DNA of 64,000 nucleotides from an uncultured Gammaproteobacteria bacterium (GTDB lineage: Bacteria; Patescibacteriota; Patescibacteriia; UBA1558; GWA2-36-10): NCBI GenBank assembly GCA_964604515.1, contig CAZRZA010000002.1, forward strand, positions 1,607 to 65,606, written 5' to 3'. The notes beneath the pieces were generated by a model. It was given only the letters and a program-made list of their open reading frames with translations. It was not told the origin of the DNA and did not search any database. Both the position numbers and the translations under genes were made by a program. Below, in pieces: positions 27,854 through 38,794 of this stretch. Numbering within the stretch: the stretch's first letter is position 1; each line of letters starts with the position of its first letter.

Positions 27854-28880
27854 GAAATCAATTGCCTTTTTTGAAGTAGAAGAGTGGGAAAAAAAATATC
27901 TAAAACAGAAATTAAAGGATTTTAAGCTTTATTTTTTTGCTGATATTTTAAAAAAAGAAGATCTTCGAAAAATAAAAAATATAAATATATTATCTCCTTT
28001 TGTTTATTCGGAAATTAATAAAGATATTATTAAATCATTACCTTCCTTAGAGTTAATCACTACCCGTTCTACTGGCTTTGATCATTTAGACTTAAAAGAA
28101 ACTAAGAAAAGAAAGATAAAAGTAACTAATGTACCTTTTTATGGAGAGAATACTGTAGCAGAACATACCTTTGCTTTGATACTATCTTTAACTCGTAAAA
28201 TTCACAAAGCCTATGAAAGGACCTCTCGGGGTAATTTTTCTTTAAATGGCTTAAAGGGCTTTGATTTGAAGGATAAGACTATTGGTATTATCGGGGCAGG
28301 CCATATAGGAAAACATGTAATTAGAATGGCTAAAGGTTTTGAAATGAATATTTTAGTATTTGATCCTAGAAAGGATAATAGATTAGCTAAGAAATTAAAC
28401 TTTAAATATGTTGCTTTTAATAACTTATTAAAAAAATCAGATATAATTTCTTTACATGTGCCATATAATAAAAAGACACATCATTTAATAAATAGAAAAA
28501 ATATTAAATTAATAAAAAATAATTCTATTATAATTAATACAGCTCGCGGAGGATTAATAGATACCACTGCTTTATTGGATGGTTTAAGGAATAATAAATT
28601 ATGGGGCATAGGCTTAGATGTTTTAGAAGAAGAGAAGTTTATTATTAAAGAAGAAAAAGAATTACTATCGCCTCATTTATGTGGCTTAAGTCATAAGAAT
28701 AAAACAGACTGCTTACAAACCATAGTAGAGGGCCATAGTTTACTGGCGTCTGATAAAGTAATAATCACTCCTCACAATGCTTTTAATAGTCAGGAAGCTT
28801 TAGAGAGAATATTAGACACTACTATAGATAATATATTGGAATTTAAAAAAAATAAGAAGTTAAATAATTTAATAAAATGA
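27843..28880 (+). CDS. D-isomer-specific 2-hydroxyacid dehydrogenase (D-lactate dehydrogenase/VanH-like)
   Basis: NAD-binding GIIGAGHIGK, catalytic R/E/H arrangement (NTARGGLID ... ITPHNAF); overlaps murI end. Confidence 0.8.
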   Translation: MKNKKSIAFFEVEEWEKKYLKQKLKDFKLYFFADILKKEDLRKIKNINILSPFVYSEINKDIIKSLPSLELITTRSTGFDHLDLKETKKRKIKVTNVPFYGENTVAEHTFALILSLTRKIHKAYERTSRGNFSLNGLKGFDLKDKTIGIIGAGHIGKHVIRMAKGFEMNILVFDPRKDNRLAKKLNFKYVAFNNLLKKSDIISLHVPYNKKTHHLINRKNIKLIKNNSIIINTARGGLIDTTALLDGLRNNKLWGIGLDVLEEEKFIIKEEKELLSPHLCGLSHKNKTDCLQTIVEGHSLLASDKVIITPHNAFNSQEALERILDTTIDNILEFKKNKKLNNLIK

Positions 28881-28900
28881 CTCCTTTAGGGAGTTATTTT
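28878..28900. terminator. bidirectional hairpin terminator between 2-hydroxyacid DH gene and trpS
   Basis: gactccttt-agggagtt followed by atttt. Confidence 0.45.
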
Positions 28901-28901
28901 A

Positions 28902-29852
28902 TTAAAGGCCAATTATATTTTTAATTTCTGTTAAATTATTACTAGCTATTTTTTGAGCTTTTTTAGCTCCTTTTTTATTTATTCTATTTATTTTATTATA
29001 ATGTTTTTTATAATAACTGATATTTTTTTGAATAGGTTTGAGGAAGTTAATTAAAGATGTGGTTAATTCTTGTTTTAATTCAGAATTCATTAAACTATTA
29101 TTTTTTAAATCTTTTTTAAATTTATTTAATTTATCTTTATTACCAAAGTATTCATATAATTCTATTAAATTATTTACACCGTCTTTATCAGTAATAGACT
29201 TTCTAATCTTTCTAGCTATAGTTTCAGCATTATCTCTAATTGCTATATAGCTAGACTCTCCCAATGATTTAGACATTTTTTTTTGGGGATTATTTAAAGA
29301 CATTATTCTTGGTGTTGGAGAAAGAAGAGGTTTTATTTCTTTAAAATATTTAAAATAATTATTATTAAATTTTCTAGCTATTATTCTACTTAACTCTAAG
29401 TGCTGTAATTGATCTTCTCCAACAGGAACATACTCTCCTTTATATAATAATATATCAGCAGCCTGTAATAGTGGGTATGTTAAAAGGCCGGTATTAATAC
29501 TTTTTTCTTTTTTCTTTATATCTTTGTATTGGGTCATTCTTTCTAGTTCAGAAACAGGTATTAAACAATTAAAAATCCAAGAAAGATCAGTATGACCAAC
29601 TATATCAGACTGTTTAAAAAAAGTAGACTTCTTAGGATTTATTCCCAAAGACATTAAATCAATTGCTAAATCTTTTATTTGCTCTTGGAGGTCTTTTTTA
29701 TTTTTTTCAGTAGTTAAAGCATGATAATCAGCTAAAAAGAAGAAGCAATCATATTTATCTTGTAATTCTATCCAATTTTTAATACTTCCTAAATAATTTC
29801 CTAAATGTATTTTGCCTGTAGGCTTTATTCCTGAAACTAATATTTTTTTCAT
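28902..29852 (-). CDS. trpS: tryptophan--tRNA ligase
   Basis: HIGH-type motif KPTGKIHLGNY, KMSKS motif, class I Rossmann fold length. Confidence 0.9.
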   Translation of the reverse strand: MKKILVSGIKPTGKIHLGNYLGSIKNWIELQDKYDCFFFLADYHALTTEKNKKDLQEQIKDLAIDLMSLGINPKKSTFFKQSDIVGHTDLSWIFNCLIPVSELERMTQYKDIKKKEKSINTGLLTYPLLQAADILLYKGEYVPVGEDQLQHLELSRIIARKFNNNYFKYFKEIKPLLSPTPRIMSLNNPQKKMSKSLGESSYIAIRDNAETIARKIRKSITDKDGVNNLIELYEYFGNKDKLNKFKKDLKNNSLMNSELKQELTTSLINFLKPIQKNISYYKKHYNKINRINKKGAKKAQKIASNNLTEIKNIIGL

Positions 29853-29900
29853 ATATTTATTTATAATATCTTTATTATATCAAATAGGATGTTTTAAATC

Positions 29901-29937
29901 AAAGAAAAACCCAATTAAATTTAATTTAATTGGGTTT
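29901..29937 (-). terminator. Rho-independent terminator after small zinc-finger ORF (minus strand)
   Basis: aaacccaattaaa-tttaa-tttaattgggttt hairpin followed on the minus strand by tttttcttt. Confidence 0.5.
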
Positions 29938-29954
29938 ATAATTATAAAGAAGGT

Positions 29955-30182
29955 TTATTTGATGCTCACCTTACAGCCTGTACCACCGCAGCTATTACAA
30001 GGGTGAGTTATTGGTATAGTTTTTTCTCCAAAACATGTTCGGCATGTTTTAGTGCCACCAAAATATCTAATTTCTATACCATCACCATTACACTTTACAC
30101 ATAGTATAGACTCTGTCACTCCTTTACCATTGCCATCACAGTTAATACATTTTTCCTTTATTATTTCATATGCTTCAGCCAT
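29955..30182 (-). CDS. stand-alone DnaJ-type zinc-finger (4x CxxCxGxG) mini-protein
   Basis: 75 aa with CINCDGNG, CVKCNGDG, CRTCFGEK, CNSCGGTG. Confidence 0.5.
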   Translation of the reverse strand: MAEAYEIIKEKCINCDGNGKGVTESILCVKCNGDGIEIRYFGGTKTCRTCFGEKTIPITHPCNSCGGTGCKVSIK

Positions 30183-30203
30183 GCATTTCTCCTTTTGTTT
30201 ATT

Positions 30204-30431
30204 TTAAAATATTATTCCATCAACCTTTCCAGTACTATTACATCTATCACAGCCATTTTCTATTAATAGTTCTTTATGCCCATCACACTTAGTACATATT
30301 GTTATAATTTTTCTATATACACTAAAATTACCAGTACCATTACATTTTGGACACATTTTATAGTACTTATCTTTAGCACCAGTACCATTACAAAGTATAC
30401 AGTGTTTTTTTATTTTTCTGTATTTTACCAT
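30204..30431 (-). CDS. stand-alone DnaJ-type zinc-finger mini-protein (tandem paralog)
   Basis: 75 aa with CILCNGTG, CPKCNGTG, CTKCDGHK, CDRCNSTG. Confidence 0.5.
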   Translation of the reverse strand: MVKYRKIKKHCILCNGTGAKDKYYKMCPKCNGTGNFSVYRKIITICTKCDGHKELLIENGCDRCNSTGKVDGIIF

Positions 30432-30564
30432 TTACCTTCCTTTTTATTTAATGAACAATTACAATGAATTATTAGAATACTATAATATACTATATTTGTC
30501 AATGGGTGTTAATTGTTTAATTAAAAAAACTATTAAATAGTTACTTAACAGTTTTTTTATAGCT

Positions 30565-32421
30565 TTATACTTCTATAATAACCGGTAAGACCATAGGTCT
30601 TCTTTTTGTTTTACTAAAGATAAATTGTCCCAAGTTATTTCGTATTTTATCTTTTATATAGGTTTCATTAGCTTGAGTCTTTGTTTTATTATGTTCATTA
30701 ACAATAACCTTTACTTTAGACCTTATAGTCTCTACTAAAGCTCTGTTCTCTCTCATATATATAAACCCTCTAGAGATGATATCGGGAGAAGATATTAAGT
30801 TACCAGTTTTACCAGAAACAGTAGCAATAATAACAACCATACCATCAGCGGCCATTAATTCTCTATCTCTTAATACTATGTGAGAAACATCTCCTACTCC
30901 TAGGCCATCTACAAAAACATAGTCTGAATTTATTTTTTCATTTAATAATTTACCTTGTTTATTTTTATTAAATTCAATTACTTGACCATTATCTGCTATT
31001 AAAATGTTATTTTCTTTTAAACCAGCTTTTTGAGCTACTTTACCATGAATTTTTAGAAAAGAATGATTACCATAAACAGGAATATGATATTTTGGTTTAA
31101 CCATTTTTATCATATCATAAAGATCTTCTTGTTTAGCATGACCACCAGCATGAATGTCCATCATTTTATAATGAACAACTTCAGCTCCTTTACGGTAAAG
31201 GGTGTCTTTTAATCTTTGCACAGACCTTTCATTGCCAGGAATAACAGAAGAAGAGAAGACAACTGTGTCACCTTTTTCTATTTTTATATTTCTATGTTCA
31301 TTGGTGGCCACTCTCATTAGAACAGCATTATCTTCTCCTTGAGCACCAGTACAGATAATAATAATCTTATTATCAGGATAGGACTTCATGTCTTTTAAAG
31401 GAATTATTGTTCCTTTTTTAACTTTCATATAACCAAGTTGTTGAGCTAGTTCAACGTTTCTTTTCATACTAAATCCCTCAACAACTATTTTTTTATTTAG
31501 TTTTTCAGCAGACCAAATAATTTGCTGTATTCTACCTAAAAGAGAAGCAAATGTCCCTAAAATGATACGAGCAGGAGCTTTATCTAAAACCTCATCAATA
31601 TTTGTTTGAATACTACCTTCTGTTAACTGATGTCCTTCTTGAGTAGCATTAGTGCTATCAGCCATTAAAGCTAGAACATTTTGATTTCCCAAAGCTTTTA
31701 TCTTAGCTATTTCTGTAGGGGCATCACCAGAGGCTAAGGGGTCTAGCTTAAAGTCTCCAGTATGTATTATTTTTCCTAAAGGAGACTCTATAATAACTCC
31801 AACGGAACCGGGTATATTATGACTAACACCAAAAAATTTAATTTTAAAGTCACCTAATCTTAAAATAGTCTCTGTTGTAATAGACCTAAGTTTTAGGGGG
31901 GTAACCTGTTTAAAGTCTTCTTGTCTTTTAGCTATAATGCCTAGTGTTAAAGGAGTGCCAAATAATTGAGGATTACCCAAAGCAGGTATTAAATGAGGAA
32001 TAGCACCAATATGATCATAATGACCATGAGTAATAATAACTCCTCTAATAAATTTTTCTTTACCTTTTAAATATTCTATATTAGGAATTATATAATCAAT
32101 TCCAGGCATATCTTCTTCTGGCCATTGTAGGCCCATATCAACTATAATAATATCTTTAATATCTCGGCCATTAGACGTATATTCAAAAATAGTCATATTA
32201 CGACCAACTTCTTCATTGCCACCGACTGGAATAACTCTTAATTTAGCCCCTGCAGCAGCTTTAGTATTAGAAGTGTTTTTATAGTGTACTTTCTTCTTTT
32301 GTTTATTATCTACTTTATTATATTTCTTAAATACTTTCTTTTTTTTCTGTTTATAGTTTTTCTTCTTTTTACTATCAGTAACAGATAAAAGACTATCAGT
32401 AGAATCTTTCTTTATATTCAT
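30565..32421 (-). CDS. rnj: ribonuclease J (beta-CASP metallo-beta-lactamase RNase)
   Basis: MBL motif ITHGHYDHIG, beta-CASP domain, C-terminal RNase J domain; K-rich N-terminal extension. Confidence 0.85.
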   Translation of the reverse strand: MNIKKDSTDSLLSVTDSKKKKNYKQKKKKVFKKYNKVDNKQKKKVHYKNTSNTKAAAGAKLRVIPVGGNEEVGRNMTIFEYTSNGRDIKDIIIVDMGLQWPEEDMPGIDYIIPNIEYLKGKEKFIRGVIITHGHYDHIGAIPHLIPALGNPQLFGTPLTLGIIAKRQEDFKQVTPLKLRSITTETILRLGDFKIKFFGVSHNIPGSVGVIIESPLGKIIHTGDFKLDPLASGDAPTEIAKIKALGNQNVLALMADSTNATQEGHQLTEGSIQTNIDEVLDKAPARIILGTFASLLGRIQQIIWSAEKLNKKIVVEGFSMKRNVELAQQLGYMKVKKGTIIPLKDMKSYPDNKIIIICTGAQGEDNAVLMRVATNEHRNIKIEKGDTVVFSSSVIPGNERSVQRLKDTLYRKGAEVVHYKMMDIHAGGHAKQEDLYDMIKMVKPKYHIPVYGNHSFLKIHGKVAQKAGLKENNILIADNGQVIEFNKNKQGKLLNEKINSDYVFVDGLGVGDVSHIVLRDRELMAADGMVVIIATVSGKTGNLISSPDIISRGFIYMRENRALVETIRSKVKVIVNEHNKTKTQANETYIKDKIRNNLGQFIFSKTKRRPMVLPVIIEV

Positions 32422-32441
32422 TTTTTATTTATTAATTATAA

Positions 32442-34061
32442 TTATTTGCTTTTCTTTATAGTTCTTTTTGTTTTTATATACCAATAATTTATACTATTAA
32501 AACGATCGGCTGGTAAATTAATGAATTGTAATTCATTTAAACCTTTTATTTTTTTAGCTAAAGGATAAATATAGGTAGGATTATATAAGAAGGAAGCAAA
32601 GTGTAATTCTAATAACTTTTCTTGAAACTTAATCATTGCTTCTTCTTTAGCTATATCACTATCAGCTATTCGAGCTTCTTCTAAATATTTATCTATGTCT
32701 TTATTAGCTAAAATACTTAAATTAAGTCCTGGATATTGATTTTGACTAGAATGCCAGAAAGGATATGGCCCAGAATTAATATTTATTACCTCACCATATA
32801 AAAAGGTTTGATAGTTTCTTTCTTCAATAGTTTTTTTAATATTACTTTTAGAAATTATTTCTAATTCTGTTTTAATACCAATTGCTTCCCAGTTTTCTTT
32901 AATAATATTAAGAGATTTTACATTTTCTATTTGATCAACTGTACTTAATTTAATAGTTAGTATCTCCGGCTCTTCATCATCTTCTGTTCCTTTTTTAACC
33001 CTAAATATTCCTTCTTCAGGAAGTATATAATTTAACTCTTCTAATATTTCTTGAGCTTTAGTTATATTATATTCTTCATTTTTTAACTCTTCACTATAAC
33101 CAATTAAACCAGGTAATATAGGAGTATGAATTATTTGTCCATCACCATTAATGCCCTCACTAAGAACTCTTTCTTTATCAATGCTTAAATCCAAAACTCT
33201 TCTAAATTCTACTTCTTTTAATAATTCATTATTATTTGGGTTGAAGAATATGCTAGTATATTGAGGAAAATGTAAATTATGTAAAGTTACTTTTTTGTTT
33301 TTAAGATTCTTATTTTCTTTAGGTAAGTATATTAAACCTTCTATATTATTATTTTCTAAAGCTTCAACTCCTGTTTGAAAATCAGGATAAAATTTAAAGC
33401 TTAATTCTTCTATATAAGCAGATTTATCATAATAATTATTGAAAGGTTTTAAAGAGTATTGTTTTATATTACCTTGGGCATCTCTAAGAAGAGTATTGAA
33501 TATATAAGAACCAGAGCCAACAGGCTTTATGTTTAATTCTGCTAAAGAAGCTCCAAAGGCCGGAATACTATACCAAAGATGTTTAGGTATTATACCTATG
33601 GTTAAGATAGACAAGAAAGGTGAAAAGGGTTTTTCTAAAGTAAACTGTACAGTTCTGTCATTAATCTTATTAACCTCTATACCATTGAAACTATTTTTTA
33701 AAGGACTTTTGTATTCTATGTTTTTAATACTCTCTATAGTAAAGACTATATCTTCAGCTGTTAGAGGCTCATTATCATGCCAAGTAATATTATCTTTTAA
33801 TTCAAAAGTGTATACTTTTCTTTCAGCGTCTATAGTGTAACCACTTGCTAGGTCTGGTACTATTTGTCCATTTTCGTCATATTTAACTAAACCAGAATAA
33901 ATTAATTTAACCAAATCTCTATCAACATCATTATTTGCTAAAATAGGATTTATTAATCTTGGAGCGCCAATTAATCCCTCAGTATATGAACCACCAAAAG
34001 CAGGTATAATTATAGAATTTTTTAACCAAGATCTAGATAATAATACTGTTGTTGATGTCAT
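32442..34061 (-). CDS. ABC transporter oligopeptide/nickel substrate-binding protein (SBP family 5); N-terminal signal peptide apparently split off by a frameshift
   Basis: Family-5 SBP architecture; annotated start lacks a signal peptide. Upstream ATG at 34153-34155 (minus) plus a -1 shift in an A7 run (plus T7 34098-34104) would give MIKFQLEAIKAITKVFNKKEKLYLFIALIILMTSTTVLLS... Confidence 0.75.
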   Translation of the reverse strand: MTSTTVLLSRSWLKNSIIIPAFGGSYTEGLIGAPRLINPILANNDVDRDLVKLIYSGLVKYDENGQIVPDLASGYTIDAERKVYTFELKDNITWHDNEPLTAEDIVFTIESIKNIEYKSPLKNSFNGIEVNKINDRTVQFTLEKPFSPFLSILTIGIIPKHLWYSIPAFGASLAELNIKPVGSGSYIFNTLLRDAQGNIKQYSLKPFNNYYDKSAYIEELSFKFYPDFQTGVEALENNNIEGLIYLPKENKNLKNKKVTLHNLHFPQYTSIFFNPNNNELLKEVEFRRVLDLSIDKERVLSEGINGDGQIIHTPILPGLIGYSEELKNEEYNITKAQEILEELNYILPEEGIFRVKKGTEDDEEPEILTIKLSTVDQIENVKSLNIIKENWEAIGIKTELEIISKSNIKKTIEERNYQTFLYGEVININSGPYPFWHSSQNQYPGLNLSILANKDIDKYLEEARIADSDIAKEEAMIKFQEKLLELHFASFLYNPTYIYPLAKKIKGLNELQFINLPADRFNSINYWYIKTKRTIKKSK

Positions 34062-34351
34062 TAATATTATTAAAGCTATGAAGAGATATAGTTTTTCTTT
34101 TTTTATTAAAAACTTTGGTAATTGCTTTAATTGCTTCCAAGTTGGAACTTTATCATTACTTAGTTTAAACAGTAACTTTTTATTAGGGTCTTTTTCTGTA
34201 TAAACCTTATTAAATATAATTTTTAAGTATTTCTTTATCTTAGGATAAATAATATTAAAAATATTATTAGATTTTTGACCAATAAAAAATAAGAAATTTT
34301 TAATTTTTGAGTAATTAATCTTTATATTTTTGTTTTTAAACGTATAAATGT

Positions 34352-34570
34352 TTAATTAATAAATAGACTAGCTAAAGCAGTAGCTAGGAATATAAAACTA
34401 AGGATAATAGTAAGGCGGAAAATTGTTTTTTCAGCACCTCTTTTAGTACGATAAACAGTACTATCTCCTCCAAAAGTAGACCCTAAACCAGAGCCTTTTT
34501 GTTGTAGTAATATAATTATTATTAAAAATATTGATACAATAATTTGTACTATATATAATGTATTTTGCAT
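34352..34570 (-). CDS. secG: preprotein translocase subunit SecG
   Basis: 72 aa, two TM helices flanking the G-rich loop LQQKGSGLGSTFGG. Confidence 0.75.
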   Translation of the reverse strand: MQNTLYIVQIIVSIFLIIIILLQQKGSGLGSTFGGDSTVYRTKRGAEKTIFRLTIILSFIFLATALASLFIN

Positions 34571-34695
34571 AAAAAAGTTTACTCAATAGATATAGACTAA
34601 CAGAAAATTATTATTTTGTCAATACGCTTGACTAATACTACAGAAGGAGTAAGCTTGTATTTCATCTATTTAGTTCATTACAAAAGGAGAAAAAT

Positions 34696-34899
34696 ATGGA
34701 ACATTCTAAAAATAAATGGACCTGCCCTCACTGTGATCATAATGACAAACAGGAAGTGGTTGGTGTTAAAGAAACAGATTCAAGTCTAGCAGTATATAAA
34801 TGTAGTTCTTGTCAGGGGTTATTTACTATAGCTAGTGGTTGTGGATCATATACATCAGAAATACCATACAGAGGTCAGATTAAGAAAGAGGTTGGTTAA
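34696..34899 (+). CDS. small zinc-ribbon protein
   Basis: 67 aa with CPHC...CSSC pairs; SD aaaggag upstream. Confidence 0.4.
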   Translation: MEHSKNKWTCPHCDHNDKQEVVGVKETDSSLAVYKCSSCQGLFTIASGCGSYTSEIPYRGQIKKEVG

Positions 34900-34903
34900 A
34901 AAT

Positions 34904-34937
34904 AAAAGAGCTATTAAAAATAATAGCTCTTTTTTCT
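34904..34937 (+). terminator. Rho-independent terminator
   Basis: aaagagctatt-aaaaat-aatagctcttt followed by tttt. Confidence 0.6.
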
Positions 34938-35004
34938 TGAGGATTTAATTCTTGACTTAGTATTTTTTCTATGTTACTATTTCGAGGATTATTATATATA
35001 GTAT

Positions 35005-37836
35005 ATGAAAAAAGAAATAAGCATTAAAGGTGCTAGAGTACACAATTTAAAGAATATAGATATAAATATACCTCGTGATAAATTTGTGGTTATTACAGGT
35101 CTTTCTGGTTCTGGTAAATCTTCTTTAGCTTTTGACACTATTTATGCTGAAGGCCAAAGACGTTATGTAGAGTCATTATCTAGCTATGCTAGACAATTTT
35201 TGGATGTAATGAATAAACCGGATATAGATAAAATAGATGGTTTATCACCAGCCATATCTATAGATCAAAAATCTTCTTCTCGTAATCCCAGGTCTACGGT
35301 AGGTACTATTACAGAAATATATGATCATTTAAGGTTATTATTTGCTCGAATAGGAATACCTCATTGTTTGGAATGCTCTGAAAGGTTAATTAAACAAAAT
35401 GTCAAAGATATTACAGATAAAGTGTGGTCTTTGCCTTTAGATACAGACTTAATGATTCTTTCTCCTATTGTTAGAAATAAAAAAGGTGAACATCGTAAAT
35501 CTTTAGAAAGAATAGAGGGTGCTGGCTATAAAAGATTAAGATTAGACGGAGAAATTATTAACATTAAGAAGGCTAAAAATGTTGTTTTAGATAAGAATAA
35601 AAAACATAATATAGAAATAGTTATTGATCATATAAATAATGATAAAGAAAAGAAAACTAAAGAAAGACTAAGTAGTGCCTTAGTTAATGGTTTAGACCTA
35701 GGCAATGGTTTTATTATTATTAATTTAACCAAGGATAATAAAGATTTAAATTTTAGCGAATATTATTCTTGTCCTAAGCATAGTGAGATTAATTTATTAG
35801 AATTAGAGCCCAGAAACTTTTCTTTTAATAGTCCTCAGGGAGCTTGTCATGCTTGTTCTGGCTTAGGTACAAATTTAATTGTTGATGGTGATTTAGTAAT
35901 TCCTAATAAAAGACTATCCTTGGCAGAAGGAGCAATACGTCCTTGGTCCCGAACAGCGTCTAATCAGTCTTGGTATACAGCTATTATAGAAGCAGTTGCT
36001 AAGAAGTATAAGTTTTCTACTAGAGATCCTATTACAAAGTTAAAAGAAAAACATTTAAATATAATATTAAATGGTACTGGTGAAGAAGCATATAAGTTAA
36101 ACTTAAGTAATAATTATAAAAATACTTTTGAAGGAGTAATAGCCAATCTAAAAAGAAGACATACAGAAACAGATTCTGATTATATTCGTAGTGAAATAGA
36201 AAGATATATGAGGGTATATACCTGTCCTTCTTGTCAGGGCAAGAGATTGAATGAAGAGGCTTTAGCTGTTACATTTTTAGATAAAAATATTTCTTATATT
36301 TCTTTATTAAGCATTAAAGAGCTAACTCATTTCTTTAAAGATTTGAACAAAAGATTAAATAAAGAAGAAAACATAATAGCCGATCCTATTATCAAGGCTA
36401 TTAAAGAAAGACTTAAGTTTTTAAATAATGTTGGTTTAGATTATTTGTCTTTAAATCGTTCGGCTAATACTTTGTCAGGTGGTGAAGCACAAAGAATTCG
36501 TTTAGCTACTCAAATAGGAACTTCTTTAACGGGGGTATTATATATTTTAGATGAACCCTCTATTGGTTTACATCAAAGAGATAATAAAAAATTAATAATA
36601 GCTTTAAAAAAATTAAGAGACTCTGGTAATTCAGTAATAGTAGTAGAGCATGATGAGGAAACAATATTAGCAGCTGATTATGTTATTGACATAGGTCCTG
36701 GAGCAGGCAAAAAAGGAGGAGAAATAATCTTTGCGGGTTTAGCTAAAGATATTATCAAAGACAATAAGTCTTTAACTGGACAATACTTAAAAGGAAAAAA
36801 AAGTATCCCTATTACTAAGAAAAAAAGGAAAGGAAATAGTAAATATATAGACATTAAAGGAGCCTCTGAATTTAATTTGAAGAATATAGGTATTAAGATA
36901 CCTTTGGGCAAATTTATTAGTATTACAGGAGTATCTGGTTCTGGTAAATCTACTTTAGTTACCGAAATATTAGCTAAAGCTTTATCGCAACATTTTTATA
37001 AAACAAAGGCTAAGCCGGGCCAGTATAAAGAAATTAAAGGTTTAGAAAATATAGATAAAGTAATAAATATAGACCAATCTCCAATTGGCAGAACTCCTAG
37101 ATCTAATCCAGCAACCTATACAGGCGTCTTTACTTATATTAGGGATTTATTTGCAGAACAAAAAGAAGCTAAATTAAGAGGATATAAAGCTGGTCGCTTT
37201 TCTTTTAATGTTAGAGGAGGAAGATGTGAAGTTTGTCAGGGAGATGGTTCTGTAAAAATTGAAATGAATTTTTTAGCAAATGTTTATATAGAATGTAAAG
37301 AATGTCATGGTAAAAGATATAATACTGAAGCCTTAGAAATACATTATAATCAAAAAGATATTTCAGAAATATTAGAAATGACAGCTGAAGAAGCAGCTAA
37401 TTTCTTTATTGATATTTCTAATATCTATAATAAATTAAAAGTCTTAGTAGATGTTGGTTTGGGATACATTAGGCTAGGACAACCAGCTAATACTTTATCA
37501 GGTGGGGAAGCCCAAAGAATTAAATTAGCAACAGAATTATCTCGTAGATCTTCTGGACAGACATTATATATTTTAGATGAACCAACTACGGGTTTACACT
37601 TTGATGATATTAAAAGATTATTAGAAATATTACATCGTTTAACAGACAAGGGTAATACAGTTATAGTGGTAGAACATAATTTAGATGTTATTAAATCTTC
37701 TGATCATCTTATTGACTTGGGGCCAGAAGGAGGAGACAAAGGTGGCTATATAGTAGCAGAAGGCAAGCCAGAGGAAGTAGCCAAAATTAAAAAGAGTTAT
37801 ACGGGACAATATTTAGCTAAAGTATTTAAAAAATAA
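35005..37836 (+). CDS. uvrA: excinuclease ABC subunit A
   Basis: Two ABC modules ([12 protein letters not shown] and [11 protein letters not shown] Walker A), ABC signatures LSGGEAQR x2, zinc fingers CPxC...CxxC. Confidence 0.97.
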   Translation: MKKEISIKGARVHNLKNIDINIPRDKFVVITGLSGSGKSSLAFDTIYAEGQRRYVESLSSYARQFLDVMNKPDIDKIDGLSPAISIDQKSSSRNPRSTVGTITEIYDHLRLLFARIGIPHCLECSERLIKQNVKDITDKVWSLPLDTDLMILSPIVRNKKGEHRKSLERIEGAGYKRLRLDGEIINIKKAKNVVLDKNKKHNIEIVIDHINNDKEKKTKERLSSALVNGLDLGNGFIIINLTKDNKDLNFSEYYSCPKHSEINLLELEPRNFSFNSPQGACHACSGLGTNLIVDGDLVIPNKRLSLAEGAIRPWSRTASNQSWYTAIIEAVAKKYKFSTRDPITKLKEKHLNIILNGTGEEAYKLNLSNNYKNTFEGVIANLKRRHTETDSDYIRSEIERYMRVYTCPSCQGKRLNEEALAVTFLDKNISYISLLSIKELTHFFKDLNKRLNKEENIIADPIIKAIKERLKFLNNVGLDYLSLNRSANTLSGGEAQRIRLATQIGTSLTGVLYILDEPSIGLHQRDNKKLIIALKKLRDSGNSVIVVEHDEETILAADYVIDIGPGAGKKGGEIIFAGLAKDIIKDNKSLTGQYLKGKKSIPITKKKRKGNSKYIDIKGASEFNLKNIGIKIPLGKFISITGVSGSGKSTLVTEILAKALSQHFYKTKAKPGQYKEIKGLENIDKVINIDQSPIGRTPRSNPATYTGVFTYIRDLFAEQKEAKLRGYKAGRFSFNVRGGRCEVCQGDGSVKIEMNFLANVYIECKECHGKRYNTEALEIHYNQKDISEILEMTAEEAANFFIDISNIYNKLKVLVDVGLGYIRLGQPANTLSGGEAQRIKLATELSRRSSGQTLYILDEPTTGLHFDDIKRLLEILHRLTDKGNTVIVVEHNLDVIKSSDHLIDLGPEGGDKGGYIVAEGKPEEVAKIKKSYTGQYLAKVFKK

Positions 37837-37846
37837 TAGTATTGTT

Positions 37847-38794
37847 ATGAATAATTTAGAAAAATCAATTTTAAAGACAATAGTTTTTGCTGATATTTTT
37901 AATTATCCCCTAACAATAACAGAAGTATATAAATGGTTATATAAACCAACTAAAATAAAAGGTAAATACCCTTCTTTATTTTTAATAAGAAAAACTTTAA
38001 AAGAATCTAAGATTATTTCAGAAAAACTTTCTCAAAGAGAAGGTTTTTATTATTTAAAAGGACGAAGAAATATTATTTATCTTCGTAAACAAAATAATAA
38101 TTTAGCTGAAAGTAAATTTTCGAGAATAGTTTCTTTAATTAAAATATATAGATTTATTCCTTTTGTGAGAATGATAGCAATTTGTAATTCTTTAGCTATT
38201 TCTAATGCTAATGAAAATAGTGATATAGACTTATTTATTATAACTAAAAAAAATAAAATTTGGTTAGCTAGATTTTTTACAGTTATTTTGGTTAAGTTTT
38301 TTGATTTACGTCCTCGTGAAGATAAGTCTAAAGATACTTTTTGTTTAAGCTTCTTTATTGATGAAGACTATTTAAATATTAAGAATATTATGATTAATCA
38401 TCATGATATTTATTTGCCTCATTGGATACAACAATTAATGCCTATTTACAATCCAGATTATTTATATGAAAAGTTTATGAAAGCTAATAATTGGTACAAA
38501 GAATATTTACCAAATGGTTATAATAATGAATTTGTTCATGAGGTTAAAGAAACTTATTTTTCTCGATTTTATAATATTATTATCAATGCTCTTTTTTCAA
38601 TACCCTTTATATCATATTATATACATGGTTTATTAAGAAAAATTCAGATTTTAATTATTGGGCATAATTTAAAAGCTTTAGTAAATTTAAATACTAAAGT
38701 AATTGTTAATAATCAGATGTTAAAGTTTCATGATAATGATAGAAGAGAAATGTTTTTTAAACAATGGAAAGAGAAATTAAATAATTTATTATGA
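37847..38794 (+). CDS. hypothetical protein, possible nucleotidyltransferase-fold
   Basis: 315 aa; SNANENSDIDLFII resembles the pol-beta-type NTase hG[GS]...DxD motif; 4-nt overlap with next ORF. Confidence 0.3.
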   Translation: MNNLEKSILKTIVFADIFNYPLTITEVYKWLYKPTKIKGKYPSLFLIRKTLKESKIISEKLSQREGFYYLKGRRNIIYLRKQNNNLAESKFSRIVSLIKIYRFIPFVRMIAICNSLAISNANENSDIDLFIITKKNKIWLARFFTVILVKFFDLRPREDKSKDTFCLSFFIDEDYLNIKNIMINHHDIYLPHWIQQLMPIYNPDYLYEKFMKANNWYKEYLPNGYNNEFVHEVKETYFSRFYNIIINALFSIPFISYYIHGLLRKIQILIIGHNLKALVNLNTKVIVNNQMLKFHDNDRREMFFKQWKEKLNNLL

